From positions 67,746,940 through 67,766,544 of the forward strand of contig JANKJI020000004.1 in the NCBI GenBank assembly GCA_024626585.2: a DNA stretch of 19,605 bases. Direction: 5' to 3'. The DNA is from Ginkgo biloba. Its lineage: Eukaryota > Plantae > Ginkgophyta. Below are positions 9,771 through 19,605 of this stretch, in pieces; the first letter of the stretch is position 1, and every line of letters starts with the position of its first letter. The position numbers and the translations under genes were made by a program. The notes under the pieces were generated by a model. It ran no database searches. It was not told the origin of the DNA and saw only the letters and a list, made by a program, of their open reading frames with translations.

Positions 9771-10829
9771 TTCCATGCATTAGCTTATGCTCATTCATCG
9801 ACATTGCATCAACAATTTCATATATAGGTAAAACCAAATTCTAGGCTAATAGGTGTATCATCAAGGATGATGTTCATTGGTGAAGTTGTTCCATTATCAT
9901 TGAACTTTGTTAAGCATTCCCAATCATTATGCATGGAACATCATCTCGTGGGAACGCGTGAGCGCTACAACCAAATTTATGAATCTATAGGGTCATTGTC
10001 AACTCCTTGTAGAATTTGAAATGATCCAACACACACCTAAATACCCACTAGAGACTTCACTCTTATTAACTTTTCAACCACCCATGATAAGAATTTCTTA
10101 AAGCATTGCATCGCTTGCTAGTACTATCCACTATCGTGTGATTCTACTAATTTCATCTCCATTGTTAACAACTAGGGAAACATTACATCAACTAATCCAA
10201 GATAACACTATAATAATCATAAGACCAGAGTTGTCAGGTGTGCATCCCCATTGGGCTAAGTGCACAAATTGGGGACAATACTCGCACCAGAGACGAAGGT
10301 GTGAGTACAGGTCGTACTCAAGTGTTGTCCTCCTGTCTCCACGAGGAAATGCACCATCGCCAACTCGAAACTGCCTGAGAAAAAAAAAATCTTTTAACAA
10401 AGAGTGTTAAAAGTAGAGTGCCTGGCAATTAAGGCCAATACTTCCACCAAAGATGATTGACTTGGTTCTTATTTTGGTTTAGATATCCATTATGTTTACA
10501 CAAAATAAATAGAAGAAGGGAAAAGATCCACCTCATAGGCAACAAGATCCTCTAGTGCAATAGAAAGGCATTGCACAAGAGGACAAAAGGAAACTAAAAA
10601 TCAGATTTAGAATTTTATTTTTAGTTGCAATTCAGATGTGAACATGAAAAAATAAATGTAATTTTTCTTATTTTTATTTGAAAATAAAAATAAAATAATC
10701 TATAACAAGTCCAAGAAAATGAATGANNNNNNNNNNNNNNNNNNNNNNNNNNNNNNNNNNNNNNNNNNNNNNNNNNNNNNNNNNNNNNNNNNNNNNNNNN
10801 NNNNNNNNNNNNNNNNNNNNNNNNNNCTT

Positions 10830-11130
10830 AGTTCAATGGAGTAGAACTACATTGTTACTGAGAGGGAAGGACTTGGGATGGTCCATGTGAATAAAAAATT
10901 TGTCATTATTTGTTGTCGAATCCATTCCACTTCTATGTTGATGATTGAGCATTAATGTATTGAATAGACAAACCATTATTACAAGGACGAGTGAGCCATT
11001 GGATGTCGTTATTCCAAGAGTTCCCACTTGAAATCATCATGAAACAAGGCCCCTGACCAACTAATCCACATCAAAATAGGCAAAGTAGCAATCGGTGTCG
11101 ATGATGACTTTTCCAATGCTAGTCTATTAA
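10830..11130 (+). mobile_element. Ty3/gypsy RNase H pseudogene (C-terminal part)
   Basis: E*NYIVTEREGLGMVH...HYLLSNPFHFYVDD*AL...QGRVSHWMSLFQEF is the retroelement RNase H motif set. Confidence 0.9.
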
Positions 11131-11249
11131 GAGTGGTATGATGGTATTGCAGAATAGCTATCAATTGGTAAAATGCCACCAGGTTTAGAGAAGGTAAGTG
11201 AAGAGTCTTGCTCATAGAGCATTGCCTTATCAACTCATCAGGGGCACTT

Positions 11250-12340
11250 TATATTGCTTGGGACTTGACCACATCTTATAGCAATGTGTTGTGCCTCATG
11301 AGGTCTTAGAAGTTGTACAACAAGCTCATGAAGGACTTGATGGTGGGCATGTTGTTAGTGATGGAACATCACAAAATATTTTACACATAGGATCATGATG
11401 GGCTACATTGTTTGAAGACTTGAAGTAGTGGAGTAATAAGTGTGATGTGTGCTAGAGGGAGGGGAAAACCCAACTAACCAATGCATCTTGCCCCTTAAAC
11501 CAATCCTAGCCACAACCCCATTTGATTAGTGAGGAATAGATTTTATGGGACCCATAAGTCCTCTCACTAGACAAACACGAGCCTGCTACATTTTGGTTGC
11601 CTCTAATTTCTTTACAACATGGTGCAAATCTTGTCATGTGCATTAACAAGCCTGAACTACAACAAGATTCTTTTATGAGATAACGATTAAATAAGTTAGT
11701 TGTCCATTCTAATTAATTAGTGAATTTATCAATGTAGTAGTAAAGGATCCGATGAAAAAATTTATGGTCCTCATTGTAAATGAACACCACATTATCTATC
11801 ATGTAACGGACAAGTTGAGGTAGAAGCTTCCTTGATGAAGATATATGACATTGGTTGTGTCAATTCAACACAGAAGATCCAATCCATTGTGTGGATGTTT
11901 TGTACAACACAAAAGTAAACTATTGGAGAAACACTATTTCAGTTGGTATATAAATTAGAGGTTGTTATTCTAATTGAATTCAAAGTAACTCATGGGTCCC
12001 ATTGGAGTGCTCTAGGGGGACGAAGAATTGGTCACCTAGCAGTTACACTAGCTATCATATTTTGAAGAGTGACAAACCTTGGCCTTATGGGCATTGGAGG
12101 CCAAGAAGCACATCAAAAGGCATGGCATGATTGTCATATTCAAGCCCTAACATTCCATGAAGGTGATGAATTGTTATTGTACAACATGTTCTGCACTAGG
12201 CTAGGAGAATTAAAAAATGTGATGGTTGGCTTGTACATTATTCAACATTTGTACGAGAATGGGTCAGTTTAGTTATACAACTTCATGGAAAACAACTACC
12301 AAAATAATGAAATGGAAGTCATATCAAGATCGAGTGCTAT
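11250..12340 (+). mobile_element. Ty3/gypsy integrase pseudogene; no chromodomain evident
   Basis: HHCC finger AHEGLDGGH...W...KCDVC (11324-11452), core GIDFMGPI (11533) and YILVA, and C-terminal QKAWHD...FHEGDELLLY...GLYII...YENGSV (GPY/F region). Confidence 0.92.
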
Positions 12341-14215
12341 CGTAGCAGAGCACTTGTACTATAGACGAGTTGTGACAGTGTTATTGCAAGGACACAATAC
12401 GTAAAAATTTAAAGAGAATCAAAAGTCATCAAAATGAGAACAATGTAAAAAATGAATGGGTACCTTTCAATTTATCATTTCGTGATTACCNNNNNNNNNN
12501 NNNNNNNNNNNNNNNNNNNNNNNNNNNNNNNNNNNNNNNNNNNNNNNNNNNNNNNNNNNNNNNNNNNNNNNNNNNNNNNNNNNNNNNNNNGGAAGGATTT
12601 CTGATAAAAAGCTCCATTTTGTTTGGTGAATTGGTCTTTTTCAGATTTTATTTGGAATTTAATGCAGTGTTACTCTCAGAAAATAGAATATGCGAACACC
12701 ACTAACTTTTCATTAAATTTAGGTTGTTGTGAGGTCATTTTCCATCTGTTGACAGAAATGGATTTGCAATTATGAACACTCTCAGTATTCCAGTTCAAAA
12801 TTCATTGCGGCAAAGATTATTTGGCTACTTATTCTTACTGATGATGTGCAAATAGTCAAATGCAATTTAATTTGCACAGTGGAATGATAGTCTTAATTCT
12901 ATAGTGCAGCTCTAGTGTTATAGTTCAGGATCCTGGAAAATTCAGTTATTTGATGCCATCTTTCATTCTTCAGACTTCTTGTGCATGTGGTTGCTTGTTT
13001 TTGTCTTGCAATTTGATTTTTCACACAAATACATCTTTGAATTACTAAGTGACATCACTTCAGGTCAGTTGAAATACAAGAACAACCACTATGGATTTCT
13101 TTACCATAACTGAATCTCTTCCTTTGAATGAAATAATGATTATTTGTACATCTGCAATGTGCTTTACATTGGTAGTATCATAGAAGGATTTGAAACTTTC
13201 TTTCTTCCAACTATAGCTAAACTACGTAGAACAAGACAGAATTGTAGAGAGGAGAATAGCTAATATAGAATGGAGAGAGTGACTTACCCTGGCTGATATT
13301 GACCTAGCATATTGCTAGTTTCTCACCTGGATTATGAAAGTACAACAACAGCATCTTATCTACAGAAGCCCAACAACCATATGGTATACATTTATGGATA
13401 TAGACCATATGGGAGAGTTTTGAAACCCACATTGAACTCAAAGTTGGTCTAATGACCACGAAATTTTGCTAATGTTATTTGTAGGATCAGTTACTCAAGC
13501 TTTATGGCTTGGAATATCCAAATAAATTATTGCAGTACACATATACATTATATGAATTATACAGTTGAATAGTATTCCACTAAGTACCTTGCAGTGGCAA
13601 AAGAGCATAAAATGAAGTATAAGTGATTGCAAAAGTAAACTTCTTTGAAGCTAAAGGTGAAAAATTCATTATGTTGGAAGAAAGATAATCTGTCCCTGAC
13701 AGTAGAACCAGAGTTATGATCTANNNNNNNNNNNNNNNNNNNNNNNNNNNNNNNNNNNNNNNNNNNNNNNNNNNNNNNNNNNNNNNNNNNNNNNNNNNNN
13801 NNNNNTTGTGCATGTCCAACTTGGACATTCTCATTATTTGATGTATATTTCTGATCCATATGAGATGCCAATATTATATTTCATGCCCAGGACTTGAGCA
13901 TGTTTAGTGTGAATTCTCATTTCCTATAGTTTATCTTTCCTCTATAGCTTTTGGTAGTTTGGTGGTTCATCCCTTAGTTGGAGTGTAAGACATTTATCAC
14001 TAAAAGGATATCCATTTCATGAAGGTTGATTGCGTCAAAATTCAAAATCTCAAACTTAATTATTAGTAGTTTTGAATTCTGTTGTAATTGGCTTTTGTAG
14101 TCTAGGAATTTGTCAAAGTTGGCAAGGGGTTTCTTACATTCAACATCAAGCCCTCCAAAAGATCTTTTCAAACATACTTTACTGTATTTATGGGTAGATA
14201 GATTATACTAATACA

Positions 14216-14271
14216 ATGTAATGGTCTCGCCTCTTAAACTTGCATGTAATAGTCCCGCCTCTTAAACCTGC
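14216..14271. repeat. 28-bp tandem duplication
   Basis: ATGTAATGGTCTCGCCTCTTAAACTTGC and ATGTAATAGTCCCGCCTCTTAAACCTGC, 25/28 identical. Confidence 0.9.
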
Positions 14272-15564
14272 ATGTTAACACTATTAAGATTTGCAGCATA
14301 AATAATCATCACAGTACAAATTCCTAAGAGATATTCATTTATATTAATGACTCGTACAACTCATGACAAGGTTAAAAGACTAGACTGCCAGGGGCAAAGG
14401 TAGGCTTAGCAACTTGGACTAGCATCCACCCTTGGCCATCAAAGACCGCCTAAAATGGCCTATTTGTTGACAATCAAACCTCTGGGGGCAAACCAGTTAC
14501 ACACTATTGGCACTAAGCAACTAAAGATACCCTAGTTGATTCCACTCGCTACAGTGAAATAAGACTGCTAGGCATAGGTCTATTTTCAATCCATCTTTGG
14601 CACTAGGACTATCTCCCTAATGAGATGTCCACCCCTTACATAAGATGCCTCCCCCTTCTAATGTACTTAATCCTTGAAGCGTGGCTCTTAGATATCTAAA
14701 TGTATTTTTGTGCAAGTCCCACCATCTTTTAGAATCTGGAAGGCTCTATTTTAGGCCAGTCAATTTAGGCAAATTTAAACTTGAAAAGAGATAAAACTAA
14801 AAGAAATAAAATGATCAGGGAAGTGTGCAATTGTTAGTTGCGCTACCAAGAGTAACACTAATATGGAAGAAAGAGAAATCATTAAAGGTCAACGAAATGA
14901 AATAAAAATATATTAATGTCCATGCATGACCAAAAAGTAGTCACTGGGTTGTAAATTACACCCAAATGTTACATGCCAACGGAGTGCGTCAAGCATCTCC
15001 AGTACTAAAACTAAGATGTAATGGAGAACTCTACCAAAAGGACACTAAATACAGAGTACATCGAAAGGGAGCATGAGGGCCTTTCTAGAAGGCAGGGGGT
15101 GGGCATTCATGTCCCAAACCGGGGTTAAATCCCCTAATATATTAGATGATTTTGTTGAAAGTATGCCAATAATATGATGAGAGAACTATGGCTCATCCAT
15201 TCTATCAAAGTCATCCAAGGCTTATATAATGATCTTCTCTATGGTTTGGTCATCATAGGCTACTAGTTGTCTATCTGCCCCTCTCACTAGCTCTATGTGT
15301 CACTCTCCTAACATCCCAGGTTGAAACTCCTTTGTCTGGTATGAAGAAGATAGTGATGGGACCATCTCCCCCAGATCTAGACTTGTCTCTCATAGCTCTA
15401 TGAGAACCTCTTTTAACGTGTTTGGGGTGTCTCTTGCTAGGCTATGTAGAGGGTCCATGGTGGCTAGTCCAAGTTTCTAGGCAATGTTGGGTGTCTCATT
15501 GAAGGCTCTATGCGTACTCGGGGCATTTCTACCCTATTATTGAGGTCATTGGCTCAAAGAAAGA
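14245..15564 (-). mobile_element. 3' end of a minus-strand LTR retrotransposon: ~396-bp LTR (14245-14640), PPT (14648-14658) and decayed internal sequence
   Basis: Termini are TGTAA (14245) and TTACA (14640). On the minus strand, GAAGGGGGAGG lies 7 nt before TGTAAGGGG. The internal region has not been assigned to a domain. Confidence 0.6.
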
Positions 15565-17090
15565 NNNNNNNNNNNNNNNNNNNNNNNNNNNNNNNNNNNN
15601 NNNNNNNNNNNNNNNNNNNNNNNNNNNNNNNNNNNNNNNNNNNNNNNNNNNNNNNNNNNNNNNNAAAACAATAAATGCTTCAAACCCTAATATCCATGCA
15701 ATTCCAAATGTAACCATAAATTGTGAAAAACATCCCTTTGACTAAGGGCACCGTATTGCAAGGAGTCTAAATCTGAGTGTCTATGGTAAATAGACCCATA
15801 TTTATGCATGTACAAGTAAAAATCAAATTTCAGACTTATGTTAATTTATGGATGTAGTACATAGTGACAAGGCAAACATTAANNNNNNNNNNNNNNGTAA
15901 GGCCGAATTACATACATAGAAATTATGGTAATTAGTCAAATTGAAGAATATGAAGATGCCAAATGGTTCTCTAGACAAAAACGTCTCACCTCTCACCTTT
16001 TGAATACAACTCCTCATTTGCTGGGCTAAATATGATGCGGTACTAGTGCAGAAACATGCTGCCAATGTACTAGAAACCCTAGCGATTTCTTCTGCCAACA
16101 CCTTCATAGCTGAGTTTGAAACACTTCTTATGGCTGTCCTGCCCCATTTCTCAAATCCAAATTTGAAGAAGTCTGGGCTGTAAAACTGGAAGCCTGGTAA
16201 GGTAGAGGCGAGCAATACAACAGGCTGGAACTAATCCAATCTGTAGCATACTAAATAGAATTGCAGTCATTCACTTTTCTACTGCAGTTAGGCTTTTACC
16301 ATATTTCCATAATGTCGTTATATCAATTTAGCATTTTTTCAAGCACATTAATGTGATAGACACTGGCTTACAGCGGGGATGTTAGCTGTGTAAGCATTTT
16401 CTGTTTTAACAAATGGAAGTGTTTAAAAAAATAGGTTGTGAATTTAGTTTTGTATTATAGCAGTTTCTGTAATTTATCTTTTCTACATGGTATGAGTGCA
16501 ATCACCTAAGCAAATTATCTAACTTAAAGCAATCTTGGACTTGACACAAATAGCATTTGATGTATTTCAGTTCCATCTATGTCCCAATGCATACACATGG
16601 CAGGTGGTTGTAGATGGTTCGTAGTTCCCTCAAGTCTATCTTAACCATACCTCGTGGATTCCAGGCATCTTACAGTTCTGATATTCTCTACTCTCTTTTT
16701 CTTGAAGTATTTGTCTATACTTCATCTGATACGTGTATTTAGTATTTTATTCTGGAGCATTGAATATCCTGTAGACACTTTCCTTGATGCCTTGTGTGTG
16801 ATTGTACCAGCTGGTCTCATTGACCATTTNNNNNNNNNNNNNNNNNNNNNNNNNNNNNNNNNNNNNNNNNNNNNNNNNNNNNNNNNNNNNNNNNNNNNNN
16901 NNNNNNNNNNNNNNNNNNNNNNNNNNNNNTGTCGTTGTTCTAGAGGAAGACATCAATTTTCGCTGTCAGTTTTGCTTTTTGCTCCATCTTGTTGGTGATC
17001 CACTTTTCTGTCAGATTTCATTCCTCCCTCGTGTTGGTGTTCTTTCAAGATCTTCTCATTCCCTTCTGTCGGTGACTTAGGTTTATTCAT

Positions 17091-17690
17091 ACGCAGTGGC
17101 ACTAAATGTTAAGCATGTTAATGCCTAACAGGTATACAGTGTTAAGCCCTACTCAGACCATATATAAGATGCATTCATATCACATTCATTCACATAGAAC
17201 ANNNNNNNNNNNNNNNNNNNNNNNNNNNNNNNNNNNNNNNNNNNNNNNNNNNNNNNNNNNNNNNNNNNNNCACCATTGATACAAGAGTGTTACAAGACAT
17301 AAATTACATTTATCCATTACTTAACAATATTAGCTACGTCATCCTATTCTGCTTCTGTTATTTATACAAGGCGCAGATGGATAAGACAACTGCCGCGATA
17401 GTACATTCCTTCAGATCATGTTGAAGACTTGTGTTAGACTCTCTCGTCGTTGTTGGTGAAGAGCTTGGATTGATGTCGGTGAGATCCANNNNNNNNNNNN
17501 NNNNNNNNNNNNNNNNNNNNNNNNNNNNNNNNNNNNNNNNNNNNNNNNNNNNNNNNNNNNNNNNNNNNNNNNNNNNNNNNNNNNNNNNCTATCCTTGTTG
17601 GTATCGGTATAGATGAAGAGCTCATGTCGGTGTTGGCCAAGATACCTCCGACATTTGTCGGCAAATCAACTCCCATTGGTGTTGGTCTAG
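17091..17690 (-). mobile_element. LTR-like segment with TATA box and a degenerate PBS-like site
   Basis: The minus strand has repeated CC(G/A)ACA motifs, TGTATAAATA (~17368-17359) and a terminus ...GCTTAACA at 17107 followed by TTTAGTGCCACTGC (PBS-like but lacking TGG). Two gaps interrupt it. Confidence 0.4.
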
Positions 17691-17694
17691 ATCA

Positions 17695-18300
17695 TTTCTG
17701 GCATTCGTTGGTTTTGCCATCCAATAGTGGGATTGCTTCGGCCCACTTAGTAAAGTATTCCGTGGCAGTAAGGATAAACTTGTGTTGATTTGAGGATGGG
17801 GGTTGATAGCGTCGATAAGGTCTAGGCCCCACTTCAAAAATGGCCACGGAGTAGAGATATTACGGAGATATTGCATGAAACACAAGCGAATGTTCCTGAC
17901 ATCTATGGCACCTGCATGCATAATTGTGGGCATCTCGAAAGATAGTCGGCCAATAATAACCCATTTGAAGAATTTTTAAAGTAATAGGTTGTTCACCAAA
18001 ATGGCCCCCACATATTCTTTCATGAGATTCGTATAAGACCTTCTGAGCTTTTGTGGGGTGAGGCATTGGAGAAGGATGCCGCCGAAAGATCTTTTGTAAA
18101 GAGTATTGCCAAGAACGACTTATTTGTGTGGCATAGCATGAATTCACTTCTTTTGTTTAGAGGAGGTTGCCTGTGGGCACTTGATGCGGGACAGGAAGGG
18201 TGGCGGCAAATGAACTTCCCAATAGTCACCGACGGGCGTCGGTGCAATCTGCAACGTCGGTGGTCAGATTCAGCCTGACTGACTCGACGCCCACTAATCC
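17695..18300 (-). mobile_element. Tat/Ogre-type Ty3/gypsy integrase fragment
   Basis: LGNTLYKRSFGGILLQCL, SHERICGGHFG, GYYWPTIFRDA, CHRCQ, PWPFLKWGLDLI and EYFTKWAEAIPL are read across frameshifts. It is truncated within the catalytic core at ~17695. Confidence 0.9.
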
Positions 18301-18308
18301 GCAGCTAC

Positions 18309-19330
18309 TGTAATGTCACCACCGACCCGCTTGCTAGGATCTTTTAAAAACAATACAACGCTCCTNNNNNNNNNNNNNNNNNNNNNNNNNNNNNNNNNNN
18401 NNNNNNNNNNNNNNNNNNNNNNNNNNNNNNNNNNNNNNNNNNNNNNNNNNNNNNNNNNNNNNNNNTTTTTAGGGCATTAAATGCACCATACTTAGCAATA
18501 AATGTGACTTAGTCTAACCCAAAGTCAACTTTGACTAGGTTTGGCTACACCAAATTGGTCCTTAATTAATGTTGACATTATAGTTTGTACTTTAGGTCAG
18601 ATCAAGTGCATTGACCAGTGTTGATTGCATCATAAATGCTCCTAAGTCGACTGTCCTTTAGTAATAAATCTGGTTGATGTTATCTGTCCTTTAGGTCGGC
18701 TCACGTTGCATTGATCGCATCATTAATGAGCCTTAAAGTTGGTTGACCTCATCATTTGTGCCCTAAATGGGGTCGATCGTACTTGAAAATTAAATGTAGT
18801 CGTACATTAGTATTTAATGATGTTATTCTTTAGTAATTAATGCAATTTTTTATAGCTTTTGATCATCGACTTTGACATCCTTTGATCAACGAATTTTAGT
18901 ACTATAGATGCCATTAATGTTGTTGCCACATCATCCTTCATGTTTCCATGCATCCATTGGACTACCACATCATCATTAGGGATGCCACATCTTGGGCTTT
19001 CACGCCATCATTGAGACTTTTGACCATGAGAGGGTTGTTTTGTCAATGTCGTTTGACTAGCTGTTTTGACCTTCTTTAAGGCAATTTTGACTCTTCCAAG
19101 GTGGTTTTGACCTATCTTAAGGTGATTTTGCCTCTTCAAGGTTATTTTGACCTACCTTAAGGTGGTTTTGACCTTCCGTAAGGCAATTTTGGCTCTTCCA
19201 AGGTGTTTTCATCTCAATTTCATCTTTTGTTCATGCTGCGCCCTCCGTAGATGTCAAGTCGTCATTTGTCGTCGCTAGATGAATCATGTCATTGGTTTGT
19301 GTTATCTGTTAGGGACAGTCCCTAAGAGAC
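18309..19330. mobile_element. Probable further LTR/repeat sequence starting TGTAATGTCACC
   Basis: An LTR-like terminus at 18309 abuts the integrase remnant. After the gap come degenerate internal repeats (GATYGCATCAT.., CCACATC x3) and a minisatellite. Continuity across the gap is unproven. Confidence 0.3.
19061..19202. repeat. Minisatellite, 7 units of 19-21 bp
   Basis: Approximate consensus G(T/C)NRTTTTGACCTWCYTTAAG. Units start at 19061, 19081, 19101, 19122, 19141, 19162 and 19183. Confidence 0.9.
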
Positions 19331-19605
19331 AGGAATAATGGGTTTGTTTCTCTCACGAGTAGATTTGCATTCTAGAGTCTGAGGCATCGTTAATATTGGC
19401 TAATGATGTTGATACCCAACTAATCATTCATGGCTAACGAATAGAACAATAGTTGTATTATTGATTATATTTGATATAGAGCAAATGATGTTTAGGCATT
19501 TACAAATTACAAGATTCATAATGTACAAAGTGCCTTTGATAGGTGATCTTGCTAGAGTCATACCTATTTGCTATTTTAACTATTATGTTAACTGTTTATT
19601 AGTTA

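Larger units (their letters stand above)
2575..19605 (+). other. Probable intron 1 of the ABC1K7-like gene (phase-0 GT donor at 2575; acceptor not seen)
   Basis: Donor CAG|GTATTT is followed by T-rich sequence. The expected next peptide (about KxRRRxTASWLRExVLQLGPTFIKLGQ) was not found in readable sequence, though it could lie in an N gap. Confidence 0.6.

Noticed and set aside
9790-9870. QQFHI*V...IGV as the RNase H N-terminus
   Set aside because: Lacks the DAS motif and is far more diverged than the flanking pol; ambiguous, so not called.
13211-13290. Possible ABC1K7 exon 2 after CTATAG (contains RR and WRE)
   Set aside because: Frames give LNYVEQDRIVERRIANIEWRE* or KLRRTRQNCREENS*, with no LGPTFIKLGQ.
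16366-16395. Small hairpin GCTTACAGC...GCTGTGTAAGC
   Set aside because: Too short for a miRNA precursor or MITE call, with no supporting context.
19309-19325. Palindrome TTAGGGAC-A-GTCCCTAA containing telomere-like TTAGGG/CCCTAA
   Set aside because: Single 8-bp arms with no telomeric array; compatible with chance.
1-19605. CRISPR arrays, tRNA/rRNA genes, prokaryotic operons or defence systems
   Set aside because: None seen; the sequence is a plant nuclear locus dominated by decayed retrotransposons.

Overview
AT-rich, gap-ridden eukaryotic draft sequence from a land plant. The retroelement types suggest a gymnosperm, fern or lycophyte, but that is inference. There is one recognisable host coding segment: the first coding exon of a chloroplast ABC1-like atypical kinase (ABC1K7/SIA1 type; 1993-2574, +), ending at a phase-0 GT donor. 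I could not find the next exon in the readable sequence, so the remaining ~17 kb is most simply a very large intron. It is filled with decayed, nested retroelements. These include a + strand non-chromovirus Ty3/gypsy remnant (gag with three CCHC knuckles, protease, RT, RNase H, integrase) broken by insertions, several further gag fragments, a copia-like LTR, a probable LINE 3' end, a minus-strand PPT+LTR and a Tat/Ogre-type integrase fragment. I do not see a well-supported novel biological system. The best leads are the host-gene/TE interfaces, the tandem-gag/Asn-rich/triple-knuckle architecture and two unassigned exon-like islands. All protein assignments come from recognising motifs by eye, not from searches.
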